Notes: generated by a model not told the origin, from the letters alone. A DNA stretch of 43,649 nucleotides from Thermoanaerobaculia bacterium (GCA_036383875.1 DASVNL010000032.1:1-43649), one strand, 5' to 3'; positions 1 through 8,623 are shown, counted from the stretch's first letter. Made by a program: numbers and translations.

Positions 1-497
1 ACGGTCCGCACGGCGACGTCGATCGCGAGCTCTTCCCACGAGGCGTTTGCGTTGTCGAGCGCGGCGCACGCACGGGCGATGAGCGGTGCGGACTCGCGCA
101 TCGGTGGAAGTCGCTGCGGACGGAACCGAGGACGTGCGCCGGTGATGCGCTCGAAGGCATCGGGCGCGAACTGAAACGAGATGCAGCGATCGCCGGTGCC
201 GTGTGCGTGCGAGCATTCGTAGGGGAGTTCAGGGTGGCCGAGGAGCATCGAGCCGGCGGTCATGAGCTCGGCGTGTTTCGTGGTGCGGTACTGAAACGTT
301 CCCGCGACCACCATCGACATCGAGACGTGTGCGTGCCGCTCTTCGAACGGCCGATCATCGGGACCGGACGTGCAGAGCACATCCGCGACGCGCCAGCCGT
401 CGCCCGATGCGAGCGTCCGCGCGGTCGCGGAACCTTCGTGACCGTTGCGCATCCGCTCGCGAATGGCCTGCTGCAGCTCGACCGCAATTTTCGCCAA
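1..497 (-). CDS. AraC-family transcriptional regulator, N-terminal cupin-like sensor part (partial; 3' end beyond left edge)
   Basis: Not in the ORF track because it runs off the edge. My minus-strand translation from TTG at 495-497 gives AKIAVELQQAIRERMRNGHEGSATARTLASGDGWRVADVLCTSGPDDRPFEERHAHVSMSMVVAGTFQYR... This is a pattern I recognise from AraC-type regulators with an N-terminal cupin. An in-frame TAA lies just upstream. The start codon is uncertain. Confidence 0.5.
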   Translation of the reverse strand, partial: MAKIAVELQQAIRERMRNGHEGSATARTLASGDGWRVADVLCTSGPDDRPFEERHAHVSMSMVVAGTFQYRTTKHAELMTAGSMLLGHPELPYECSHAHGTGDRCISFQFAPDAFERITGARPRFRPQRLPPMRESAPLIARACAALDNANASWEELAIDVAVRT

Positions 498-545
498 GAT
501 TCGTTCCTCGCTTCGCTTTTATAACCCGTCCTGCATGACGAATGT

Positions 546-1058
546 TTGCAGGAGGACGCGATGACGATGATCGAGGCGCTGGCGGCGGCCGGGCGCTCGC
601 CGGAGATCCCGGAGGAGATGGACGCGTATGGCTGGCTGGTCGGCAGTTGGGAGCTCGACGTGATCCGCTACGGCGTCGACGTGCGCGAGCGCAAGATCAA
701 AGGATCGGCGCACTTCGGCTGGGTACTCGAAGGGCGTGCGGTGCAGGACGTGTGGATCATGAAGGCGGAGAATCTCGTGGCCACGTACGGAATGACGATC
801 CGCGTGTGGGACCCGGCCATCGCGGCGTGGCGCGTCACGTGGATGAATCCGATCAGCGGACGCCGCGATGAATTGATCGGCACGAAGCAGGGCGGTGACC
901 TCGTGCAGATCGGGCAGCACGCGGACGGCACGCCGATCCGCTGGAGTTTCATCGACATCACACCGAATTCGTTCCGCTGGCTCGGCGAAGCACTCGAGCG
1001 CGACGGCGCGACCTGGAAACTGGAAGCTGAATTTCACGCAAGGAGAATCGAATCATGA
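546..1058 (+). CDS. conserved hypothetical protein (family not recognised)
   Basis: 170-aa ORF with normal (non Arg/Pro-shadow) composition. Divergent from the AraC gene. ATGA stop/start overlap with the next gene at 1055-1058. An alternative start is ATG 561 (MTMIE...). Confidence 0.6.
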   Translation: MQEDAMTMIEALAAAGRSPEIPEEMDAYGWLVGSWELDVIRYGVDVRERKIKGSAHFGWVLEGRAVQDVWIMKAENLVATYGMTIRVWDPAIAAWRVTWMNPISGRRDELIGTKQGGDLVQIGQHADGTPIRWSFIDITPNSFRWLGEALERDGATWKLEAEFHARRIES

Positions 1059-1525
1059 GCAACGAAACATCACTCCGCGAACTGCTGGTGCGCTCGCTCG
1101 ACTGGGACAGCGCGCACATCCGCTTCGAAGAGGCGACGAAGGACTTTCCGTCCGAGCTGCGCGGGCAGCGTCCGGCCGGCGCACCGCACACGCCGTGGCA
1201 ACTGCTCGAGCATTTGCGCATCACGCTGTGGGACATCCTCGAGTTCTCGCGCGACGCGAAGCACGTCTCGCCCGAGTTCCCCGCGGGCTACTGGCCAGCG
1301 TCCGACACGCCGGCCGACGACGCGACGTGGGATCAGAGCATCGTGCAGTATCGCAACGACCTGCAGGCGCTCGCCGAGCTGACGATGGATCCGTCCGTCG
1401 ATCTCTACACGCCGATTTCGCACGGCAGCGGCCAGACGATCCTCCGCGAAGTCCTGCTGACGCTCGATCACAACGCGTATCACCTCGGCCAGTTCATGTT
1501 CGTGCGCAAGTCGCTCGGCGCGTAA
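1055..1525 (+). CDS. DinB-family (DinB_2-like) metal-dependent four-helix-bundle protein
   Basis: 156 aa with spaced His residues (WQLLEHLRITLWD ... TLDHNAYHLGQF) typical of the DinB/YfiT fold. SD AAGGAGA at 1041-1047. Terminator follows. Confidence 0.75.
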   Translation: MSNETSLRELLVRSLDWDSAHIRFEEATKDFPSELRGQRPAGAPHTPWQLLEHLRITLWDILEFSRDAKHVSPEFPAGYWPASDTPADDATWDQSIVQYRNDLQALAELTMDPSVDLYTPISHGSGQTILREVLLTLDHNAYHLGQFMFVRKSLGA

Positions 1526-1559
1526 AAGCAGCCATCGAACGTGCGCAATTCAGGCATGG

Positions 1560-1588
1560 GTCCCATCTGAAAATCAGATGGGACTTTT
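1560..1588 (+). terminator. Rho-independent terminator after the DinB gene
   Basis: Perfect 11-bp stem GTCCCATCTGA / TCAGATGGGAC with an AAA loop, followed by TTTT (1585-1588). Confidence 0.7.
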
Positions 1589-1603
1589 GCGCTAGCATCG
1601 CGC

Positions 1604-2506
1604 ATGGACGTTCGTCAGTTGGAGATGTTTCGGGCCGTCGTGGAAGCCGGGAGTTTCACCGGCGCCGCGCAACGGCTGCACATTTCGCAATCCGCCATCA
1701 GCCGGCAGTTGCAACTGCTCGAGAAGGAACTCGGCACGCTGCTGCTACATCGCACGGGACGCGGCGTGAACATCACGCCCGAGGGGCACATTCTGTTGAG
1801 TGCGGCGAACCGGATCTGGCGCGACATGCAGGAAGTCGTCGCGCAGATCTCGGACACGCAGAACATGCAGAGCGGGTCCATCTCCCTCGGCGGCGGCATG
1901 ACCGTCTGCCTGCACATCCTCCCGAAGCTCCTCAAGAAATTCAGGACGATGTACAAGAACGTCGACCTGCGCGTCACGACCGGCACCGCCGTCGATCTCC
2001 TGCAGCGACTGCGCGATCACGACGTCGATCTGTTGTTGCTCACGCTGCCGATCTACGGCCCCGACCTCGAAGTCCTGCCCGTGCTCAAAGAGGAGATGGT
2101 CGTCGTCTGCGCGAAGAACCATGCGTTGTCGCGCGCGCGCACTGTCGAGGCGAAGACGCTCGCGCGCTATCCACTGATCCTCTTCGAGTCGGGTTCGAAC
2201 ACACGCAAGGTGGTCGATGAATTTTTTCTCAACGAACAGATGCCGGTGAACGTCGTGATGGAAACGGAGAACGTCGAGATCATCAAGGCGATGGTCGCGA
2301 ACGGCCTCGGCGTCACGATCCTCCCGTACGGCGCGCTTGCGGCCGATCTGCGCGCGGGACGCTTTGCGTGGGCGCGCGTGCGCGGACATCGCCTGCATCG
2401 CGAAACGGGCTGGGTGTATCTGAAGTCCGCGCATCGACCGAAGTCGATCGCGGAAGTGCTGCGCGTGTTCGACGAGATGAAGGAACAGTTCGGCGGGAAG
2501 CCGTGA
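1604..2506 (+). CDS. LysR-family transcriptional regulator
   Basis: 300 aa. The N-terminal wHTH is MDVRQLEMFRAVVEAGSFTGAAQRLHISQSAISRQLQLLEKELG. A LysR substrate-binding-like C-terminal half follows. Confidence 0.9.
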   Translation: MDVRQLEMFRAVVEAGSFTGAAQRLHISQSAISRQLQLLEKELGTLLLHRTGRGVNITPEGHILLSAANRIWRDMQEVVAQISDTQNMQSGSISLGGGMTVCLHILPKLLKKFRTMYKNVDLRVTTGTAVDLLQRLRDHDVDLLLLTLPIYGPDLEVLPVLKEEMVVVCAKNHALSRARTVEAKTLARYPLILFESGSNTRKVVDEFFLNEQMPVNVVMETENVEIIKAMVANGLGVTILPYGALAADLRAGRFAWARVRGHRLHRETGWVYLKSAHRPKSIAEVLRVFDEMKEQFGGKP

Positions 2507-2512
2507 GGTTGC

Positions 2513-2540
2513 GGAGTGCGACGCGTGCGCATCGCACTCC
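2513..2540. terminator. GC-rich hairpin between convergent genes (possible bidirectional terminator, no T-tract)
   Basis: Stem GGAGTGCGA (2513-2521) / TCGCACTCC (2532-2540) with a 10-nt loop. It lies between the LysR stop (2506) and the minus-strand stop at 2552. Confidence 0.35.
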
Positions 2541-2551
2541 GAAGTCGTCGA

Positions 2552-3169
2552 TCAGAACTGACAGGTGCCGTTGCAGACGTCGAGGTACATCGGACCGCAA
2601 CCCTGAGCCAGCGTGCATTTCGGCATGCCGCGTTCGCACGGCACGGACGGGAAGCAGTCGTTGCCGGCCTGATTGCAGTGACACGTTTCGTTCGTGGTCA
2701 CGCGGAACGTCGGCGGGCGCAGGCGTTCGAGCGCGGCCTGTTTATTCACGTCGTAGAGCGCGATCTGCACGAGCTCCGGCGGGAGCAATGCCTTCGCGCG
2801 TTGTTCGATGTAGGTGAGCGGCTCGCGGACCTGACGGTTCCAGTCGGGACTGGTGCGATCCGCTTCGAACGCGCCGCTGGCGATGAATCCGAGCGCTTCG
2901 AACAGCACGCTGCGCTGTTCGTGCGTGAGCTCCGGATGCTCGGCGATGACCTCGACGAGATGCAGCGTCCAGACGTCGGCCTGCATCTGCGGCGTCAGTT
3001 TCGCGAACTCCGGTTTGACGTCGCGGCCGTTGAAGGATCGCAGCGTGTCGTAGCTCGCCTCGACGTCGAGCTGTGCGCCGCGCAACCGTCCTTTCAACTC
3101 CTGTGCGGAGACCGTGACTGTGAAGAGAAGAACCAGGCTGATGAGAAGGATGCTCCGTTTCGTGCTCAT
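2552..3169 (-). CDS. exported protein with a C-terminal 8-Cys module resembling bacteriocin fulvocin C (fulvocin-C-related protein)
   Basis: 205 aa. Signal peptide MSTKRSILLISLVLLFTVTVSAQ. The C-terminal 44 aa are TCHCNQAGNDCFPSVPCERGMPKCTLAQGCGPMYLDVCNGTCQF. The C-x-C...C spacing is reminiscent of fulvocin C as I remember it. Confidence 0.6.
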   Translation of the reverse strand: MSTKRSILLISLVLLFTVTVSAQELKGRLRGAQLDVEASYDTLRSFNGRDVKPEFAKLTPQMQADVWTLHLVEVIAEHPELTHEQRSVLFEALGFIASGAFEADRTSPDWNRQVREPLTYIEQRAKALLPPELVQIALYDVNKQAALERLRPPTFRVTTNETCHCNQAGNDCFPSVPCERGMPKCTLAQGCGPMYLDVCNGTCQF

Positions 3170-3211
3170 ATCTTCCGCCTTTCAGTATTGACGTCGATAT
3201 GGAGCATACAC

Positions 3212-3634
3212 CTAGCGAAGCCGCGCGAACCCAAGCTCTTTCAAGTCCGCCTTCACGTCCGGCTCATGAACCAGGCCGGACCGCATGCAGCTACTGGTTG
3301 ACCAACGCTGCTCCTCGGCGTTCGCGTAGAGGAGATACGTTCCGGCGATGACGTAGCTGTACGAGCAGTAGCAGCAGCCGTCGTCCGTGACGAACGTGAC
3401 TTCCTGACCTGCCGTGAACTTGCCCTTGCGCGCTTCGATGACGCGCACCGTCGCTTCGATCGTGCTCACGCCCTGATGCTCTTTCGTCACCTCGAGGCGG
3501 ATGACTTTGCCGACCAGCACAGCGTCCGCGGCTTCGAAGTTTTCTTTTGCAGTGAGCTGGATACAACTACACGCGAAGGCGGCGGGGGCGAGGAGAGTGA
3601 GGCAGAGGAGGAACGCGACCATGCGAGTGCGCAT
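3212..3634 (-). CDS. exported TIMP/netrin-module-like protein (putative metalloprotease inhibitor fold)
   Basis: 140 aa. The signal peptide ends ...APAAFA|CSC, so the mature N-terminus would be CSCIQLTAKENFEAADAVLVGKVIRLEV. Compare N-TIMP [24 protein letters not shown]. Further Cys residues occur at GCCYCSY and SSCM. Confidence 0.6.
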   Translation of the reverse strand: MRTRMVAFLLCLTLLAPAAFACSCIQLTAKENFEAADAVLVGKVIRLEVTKEHQGVSTIEATVRVIEARKGKFTAGQEVTFVTDDGCCYCSYSYVIAGTYLLYANAEEQRWSTSSCMRSGLVHEPDVKADLKELGFARLR

Positions 3635-3646
3635 GTGCCGATTGTC

Positions 3647-4396
3647 TCACCGCGACATCCATCCACCGTCGACGGTGATCGTCGTCGCGTGGATGTACGA
3701 CGACGCGGGAGACGCGAGGAACACGACGGCGCCGGCGAGGTCGGACGGCGTGCCCCAGCGGCCCGCGGGAATGCGCGCGAGGATGTCGCGACTGCGCGCG
3801 GGGTCGTCGCGCAACGCCTGCGTGTTGTCGGTAGCCATGTAGCCGGGCGCGATCGCGTTGACGTTGATGTTCATCGGCGCGAGCTCGTTCGACAGCGCGC
3901 GCGTCAATCCGACGATGCCGCTCTTGGCCGCGGTGTACGCGACGACGCGGATGCCGCCCTGGAACGACAGCATCGACGCGATGTTGATGATGCGTCCCGC
4001 GACGCTGCGCGCGGTCACGGATTGCGCGAATGCGCGCGAAAGCGCAAACACGGAGCGCAGGTTCACCTCGAGGACCGCGTCCCAGTCGTCGTCGGTGTAG
4101 TCGAGGAGATTCGCGCGGCGGATGATGCCTGCGTTGTTGACGAGGATCGTCGCGTTGGGCGCCGCGTCGATGATGTGCGACGTCGCGGCGCGATCGGCGA
4201 GGTCGGCGTGAATGCGAATCGCGCGACGGCCAACGCGTTCGACGGCCGCCGCGGTTTCATCGAGATCGCCGCGCGCGACCAGGGCGACGTCCGCGCCGGC
4301 TTCGGCGAGTGCGATCGACATCGCGGCACCGAGTCCGCGCGAGGCGCCGGTGACGATCGCGAGCTGGCCGTCGAGTCGGAAGGCGTCGAGGATCAT
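3647..4396 (-). CDS. kduD: 2-dehydro-3-deoxy-D-gluconate 5-dehydrogenase (SDR)
   Basis: 249 aa starting MILDAFRLDGQLAIVTGASRGLG. It has NNAG and a YxxxK motif (YTAAKSG), and the C-terminus is ITVDGGW. I chose the internal ATG at 4396; the 350-aa track ORF has an Arg/Pro-rich shadow N-extension. ATGA overlap with the uxaC stop. Confidence 0.85.
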   Translation of the reverse strand: MILDAFRLDGQLAIVTGASRGLGAAMSIALAEAGADVALVARGDLDETAAAVERVGRRAIRIHADLADRAATSHIIDAAPNATILVNNAGIIRRANLLDYTDDDWDAVLEVNLRSVFALSRAFAQSVTARSVAGRIINIASMLSFQGGIRVVAYTAAKSGIVGLTRALSNELAPMNINVNAIAPGYMATDNTQALRDDPARSRDILARIPAGRWGTPSDLAGAVVFLASPASSYIHATTITVDGGWMSR

Positions 4397-5838
4397 GCGG
4401 CTTTGCGATGAATGTTGCGGCCGAGACGGCCGAGGTCGAGGCCGAGGTAGTCGCGGGCGTTGAAGAACGAGACGTCCTGCGCGAGTCCGCCGAGCAGCGT
4501 GAGATCGTGCGGCAGGAGGCCGGCGCGTACGTCGTTGCCGAGGATGTTGCAGACGAGGCGGCGGAAGTATTCGTGGCGAGAGTAGGAGAGGAAGCTGCGC
4601 GAGTCCGTGACCATGCCGACGAACCGCGCGAACAAACCCATGTTCGACAGCGCGCGGATCTGCGCCTCCATCCCATCTTTCTGATCGAGGAACCACCACG
4701 CCGCGCCGTACTGCATCTTGCCGGGCACGGAGCCGTCCTGGAAGTTGCCGGTCATCGTCGCGAACAGTTCGTTGTCGCGCGGGTTGAGGTTGTAGAGGAT
4801 GGTCTTCGCGAGATGACTCGTCGAGTCGAGGCGATCGAGGAAGCGCGCGAGCGGGCGCGCCTGTTCGAAGTCGCCGATCGAGTCGAGTCCCGTGTCCGCG
4901 CCGAGCTTGCGGCGCATGCGCGAGTTCGTGTTGCGAAGCGCGCCGAGGTGATATTGCTGCACCCAGCCGCGCGCGTGATCCATCAATGCAAAGTGATGCA
5001 GCAGCGCTGATTTGTAGCCGCGTGCTTCGTCGCCGTTGACCGGCTCGCGTGCGCGCAACTTCGCGAACGTATTCGCGACGTCGGCGTCGCTCGACGGTTC
5101 AGCGTAGATCTGTTCGAGACCGTGATCGGATGCGCGACATCCTGCGTCGTGAAACGCGGCGTGGCGCCGATCGAGTGCATCGATGAACTGCGTGTAGTTG
5201 TCGATCGAGACGCCCGACGCCGACTCGAGGCGATCGAGCCACCCGTTGAACGCGTCCATGTCTTCGATCGCAAGCGCGGCATCGGGGCGCCACGTCGGCA
5301 CGACGCGCGTGTCCGGATCGGGACGTTGCGCGAGCGCGTGGTGATGTTCGAGCGAGTCGGCGGGATCGTCGGTGGTGCAGACCACCGCGACGTTGAACTG
5401 TCGCAGCAGACCCTGCGTCGTGAACTCGGGCTGACGCAGCTTTTCGTTGCAGCGATCGAAGATCGCGCGCGCGCTCGCGGCGTCGAGCAGCGAGTGGATG
5501 CCGAACGGTTTCTTCAGCTCGAGATGCGTCCAGTGATAGAGCGGATTGCGCAGCGTCGCGGGAACGGTGCGCGCCCACGCGTCGAACTTTTCCCAGTCGG
5601 TCGCGTTGCCCGTGCAGAAGCGTTCGTCGATGCCGTTCGCGCGCATCGCGCGCCACTTGTAGTGATCGCCGTCGAGCCAGATTTCAGTGATCGATCGAAA
5701 GGCGTGATTGCTCGCGATCTGCTGCACCGGCAGATGGCAGTGATAGTCGATGACCGGCAGCGTCGCGACGTGGCGGTGATAGAGCTCGCGCGCGACGTCG
5801 GTCTCGAGCAGAAAGTCATCGTCGATGAACGGCGTCAT
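4393..5838 (-). CDS. uxaC: glucuronate (uronate) isomerase
   Basis: 481 aa starting MTPFIDDDFLLETDVARELYH...LPVIDYHCHL, the classic UxaC N-terminus. The start ATG at 5838 overlaps the exuT stop (ATGA). The longer track ORF (to 6708) is a shadow extension. Confidence 0.9.
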   Translation of the reverse strand: MTPFIDDDFLLETDVARELYHRHVATLPVIDYHCHLPVQQIASNHAFRSITEIWLDGDHYKWRAMRANGIDERFCTGNATDWEKFDAWARTVPATLRNPLYHWTHLELKKPFGIHSLLDAASARAIFDRCNEKLRQPEFTTQGLLRQFNVAVVCTTDDPADSLEHHHALAQRPDPDTRVVPTWRPDAALAIEDMDAFNGWLDRLESASGVSIDNYTQFIDALDRRHAAFHDAGCRASDHGLEQIYAEPSSDADVANTFAKLRAREPVNGDEARGYKSALLHHFALMDHARGWVQQYHLGALRNTNSRMRRKLGADTGLDSIGDFEQARPLARFLDRLDSTSHLAKTILYNLNPRDNELFATMTGNFQDGSVPGKMQYGAAWWFLDQKDGMEAQIRALSNMGLFARFVGMVTDSRSFLSYSRHEYFRRLVCNILGNDVRAGLLPHDLTLLGGLAQDVSFFNARDYLGLDLGRLGRNIHRKAA

Positions 5839-7133
5839 ACATTGGCCTGCTCGAGTCGCGGTGCCAGCGTGTGAATGATCGCGAGCGCGATCAGATAGAC
5901 GAGGCCCGCGCAGAGAAAGACGATGTGATAGCTGCCGGTGAGTTGCAGCGCGTAGCCGGTCGCAGTCGCGATGGCCATGCCGCCGATGCCGCCGGCCATC
6001 CCGCCGATGCCGACCACGGAGCCGACCGCGCGTTTCGGAAACATGTCCGAGACGGTGGTGAAGATGTTCGCGCTCCACCCTTGATGCGCAGCGGCCGCGA
6101 GGCTGATCAGTCCGACGGCGGTCCAGAGTCCCGACACGAGCGGCGCGAAGATCACAGGGACGACGCCGAGTGCGCAGATGAGCATCGCGACTTTGCGCGC
6201 TTTGTTCACCGTCCAGCCGCGTTTGATGAAGTGCGACGAGAGCCAGCCGCCGCCGATGCTGCCGATGTCCGCAATGACGTAGATGACGATGAGCGGCAAT
6301 CCGACTTTGCTCAGCGTGAGGCCGTGCTTTTCGTTGAGGAACTTCGCGAGCCAGTAGAGATAGAACCACCACACCGGATCGGTGAGGAACTTGCCGAGGG
6401 CGAAGGCCCAGGTCTGGCGCATGCGGATGAGGCTGAGCCACGGGACGCGCGTCGCCGGTTCTTCCGCGTCGCTGCGGATGTACGCGAGCTCTTCTTTCGA
6501 AACGCCCGTGTGTTTCTCCGGCGCGTTGTAGAGCCAGAGCCACGCGCCGAGCCAGAGGAATCCGATTGCGCCGGTGAGGATGAACGCGACCTGCCAGCTC
6601 CACGTGAGGGCGATGATCGGGACGACCGCAGGCGCGATGATCGCGCCGAGGTTGCTGCCGCCGTTGAAGATGCCGGTGGCGAGAGCGCGTTCTTTTTTCG
6701 GGAACCACTCCGCGACGGTTTTGATCGCCGCGGGAAAGTTGCCGGCCTCGCCGAGTCCAAGTCCGAAGCGCGCGATGCCGAAGCCGAGCGGCGTGCGCAC
6801 GATTGCGTGCAGCATCGCGGCGATGGACCAGAACACGATCGCGAAGGCGAAGCCGAGCTTCGTGCCGATCACGTCGAGCACACGTCCGACGACGAGCAGT
6901 CCGATCGCGTACGCGGCCTGGAAGGCCGTCACGATGTAGCCGTACTGCACTTCGTTCCAGCCGATTTCTTTTTGCAGCGTCGGCGCGAGGATGCCGAGAA
7001 CCTGGCGGTCGATGTAGTTGATGGTCGTGGCGAAGAGGAGGAGCGCGCAGACGATCCAGCGCGTGTGGCCGCGCTTCGGCGGCGCGGCCGCGGCTTCAAC
7101 CGGCGTGGAGACGGACGTCGCTTCGGCGCTCAT
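5835..7133 (-). CDS. exuT: MFS hexuronate transporter
   Basis: 432 aa, multi-TM. It is collinear by eye with E. coli ExuT (INYIDRQVLGILAPTLQKEIGW..., VLDVIGTK, EWFPKKERA). Confidence 0.8.
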   Translation of the reverse strand: MSAEATSVSTPVEAAAAPPKRGHTRWIVCALLLFATTINYIDRQVLGILAPTLQKEIGWNEVQYGYIVTAFQAAYAIGLLVVGRVLDVIGTKLGFAFAIVFWSIAAMLHAIVRTPLGFGIARFGLGLGEAGNFPAAIKTVAEWFPKKERALATGIFNGGSNLGAIIAPAVVPIIALTWSWQVAFILTGAIGFLWLGAWLWLYNAPEKHTGVSKEELAYIRSDAEEPATRVPWLSLIRMRQTWAFALGKFLTDPVWWFYLYWLAKFLNEKHGLTLSKVGLPLIVIYVIADIGSIGGGWLSSHFIKRGWTVNKARKVAMLICALGVVPVIFAPLVSGLWTAVGLISLAAAAHQGWSANIFTTVSDMFPKRAVGSVVGIGGMAGGIGGMAIATATGYALQLTGSYHIVFLCAGLVYLIALAIIHTLAPRLEQANV

Positions 7134-7134
7134 C

Positions 7135-8436
7135 TCACGCCACCCCTCTCAGCCGCTGCCACACGCGTCCGGACGGGAACTCGTACGCGTCGAGCGACTC
7201 GTCCTTCATCGTGATGCTGTAGCCCGGTTTCGTTGGCGCCATGTAGCGCGCATTGCGCACGATGCACGGATCCACGAAGTGTTCGTGCAGATGATCCACG
7301 TACTCGCATACCCGATCCTCCAGGCTGCCGCTGATCGCGACGTAGTCGAAGATGGAGAGGTGCTGCACGTATTCGCAGAGGCCGACGCCGCCCGCGTGCG
7401 GGCAAACCGGCACGCCGAACTTCGCGGCCATGAGGAGCACGGCCAGCACTTCATTGACGCCGCCCATGCGGCACGAGTCGACCTGCAGGAAGCGGATCGC
7501 TTTGGCCTGCAGCATCTGTTTGAAGATCACGCGGTTCTGCACGACCTCGCCGGTCGCGACGCGGATCGGATCGATGGCGCGCTGGATTTCGGCGTGGCCG
7601 AGGATGTCGTCGGGGCTGGTCGGCTCTTCGATCCACCAGGGGTCGAATTGCGCGAGCGCGCGCATCTGCTCGATCGCTTCCGAGACGTCCCAGCATTGAT
7701 TCGCATCCATCATCAGGAGGCGTTCGTTGCCGATCTCTTCGCGCATCAGCGCGGCGCGGCGGACGTTGTCGTCGAGGTTGCGACCGACCTTCATCTTGAA
7801 TGCGGTCCAACCTTGCGCGATCGCTTCCTGGCAGAGGCGGCGCACTTTGTCGTCGGGATAGCCGAGCCAGCCGGTGGAAGTCGTGTACGCGGGAAATCCG
7901 TCGCGCAGCATCTCCGCCTCGCGTTCGTTCCGTCCTGCACGCTTTGCGTTCAGGATCGCGAGTGCTTCGTCGGGCGTGAGGACATCGGAGATGTAGGTGA
8001 AGTCGATCGCGTCGACGATTTCCTGCGGTGAGAGGTCGGCCAGATGCTTCCACATCGGCTTCCCTTCGCGCTTCGCCCAGAGATCCCACACGGCGTTGAT
8101 GAGCGCGCCGGTCGCCATGTGCAGGATTCCTTTTTCCGGTCCGAGCCAGCGCAGTTGCTTGTCGACGGTGAGATCCCGATAGAACCCGCGCATGTTCGCC
8201 GTGACCTCGGAGAGCCGACGCCCGATGACGTGATGCTTCAGCGCATGCACCGCCGCGACCACGATCTCGTTCCCGCGCCCGTTCGTGAACGTGAGCCCAT
8301 CCCCAGTCAGCCCGGAGTCTGTGACGACCGTGACGTACGTCGCGGAGTAGTCGCCGAGATTCAGCGCGTCCGAACCGTCCATGTCGAGGGAAGTGGGGAA
8401 GCGAATGTCGCGAACGATGACGTCCGTGATCTTCAA
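7135..8436 (-). CDS. fucD: L-fuconate dehydratase (enolase superfamily, MR/MLE)
   Basis: 433 aa. It resembles Xanthomonas FucD end to end (DIRFPTSLDMDGSDA, QLRWLGPEKG, WIEEPTSPDD, CPHAGGVGLCE, EYVDHLHEHF). TTG start at 8436 with SD AGGAGG 5 nt upstream. Confidence 0.8.
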   Translation of the reverse strand: MKITDVIVRDIRFPTSLDMDGSDALNLGDYSATYVTVVTDSGLTGDGLTFTNGRGNEIVVAAVHALKHHVIGRRLSEVTANMRGFYRDLTVDKQLRWLGPEKGILHMATGALINAVWDLWAKREGKPMWKHLADLSPQEIVDAIDFTYISDVLTPDEALAILNAKRAGRNEREAEMLRDGFPAYTTSTGWLGYPDDKVRRLCQEAIAQGWTAFKMKVGRNLDDNVRRAALMREEIGNERLLMMDANQCWDVSEAIEQMRALAQFDPWWIEEPTSPDDILGHAEIQRAIDPIRVATGEVVQNRVIFKQMLQAKAIRFLQVDSCRMGGVNEVLAVLLMAAKFGVPVCPHAGGVGLCEYVQHLSIFDYVAISGSLEDRVCEYVDHLHEHFVDPCIVRNARYMAPTKPGYSITMKDESLDAYEFPSGRVWQRLRGVA

Positions 8437-8453
8437 GGGAACCTCCTGTGAAG

Positions 8454-8611
8454 CGAGTGATGAGAGATGAGTGATGAGTGATGAACTGCAGGGCGAGATT
8501 GGAAGGGCTCAGGACAAATCTCGGATGCAGCTCACGACTCATTGCTCATTGGTCACGACTCGTGCGTCTCCCGATGCGGTTCATCACTCATCATTCATCT
8601 CTCATCGCTCG
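8454..8611. repeat. 33-bp imperfect inverted repeat (31/33) made of tandem TGATGAG / CTCATCA heptamers, arms 8454-8486 and 8579-8611
   Basis: The left arm is CGAGTGATGAGAGATGAGTGATGAGTGATGAAC. The reverse complement of the right arm is CGAGCGATGAGAGATGAATGATGAGTGATGAAC. The 92-nt spacer contains CTCATTG x2 and CACGACTC x2. The element fills the intercistronic gap between the SDR stop (8624) and the fucD SD. Confidence 0.85.
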
Positions 8612-8623
8612 TCGAACGACGAC

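Noticed and set aside
895-2220. Long alternative-frame or antisense ORFs throughout the window. Examples are 895-2220, 5871-7214, 7451-8542, 10673-12337, 12651-14189, 16676-18241, 22942-24219, 24235-25920, 29725-31068, 33096-34349 and 42273-43526.
   Set aside because: Their translations are Arg/Ala/Pro/Gly-rich low-complexity strings with no motifs. Each overlaps a gene with clear family signatures in another frame. These are typical shadow ORFs of high-GC DNA.
4397-4699. N-terminal extensions of track ORFs 3647-4699, 4393-6708, 8624-10177, 14596-16251, 15770-19639 and 39394-42444.
   Set aside because: The extensions are shadow-like in composition and overlap upstream genes. Internal starts give canonical N-termini (MILDAF.., MTPFIDDDF.., VTPPLEGKVAVVTGG.., signal peptides or lipoboxes), often with SD sequences or ATGA/GTGA coupling.
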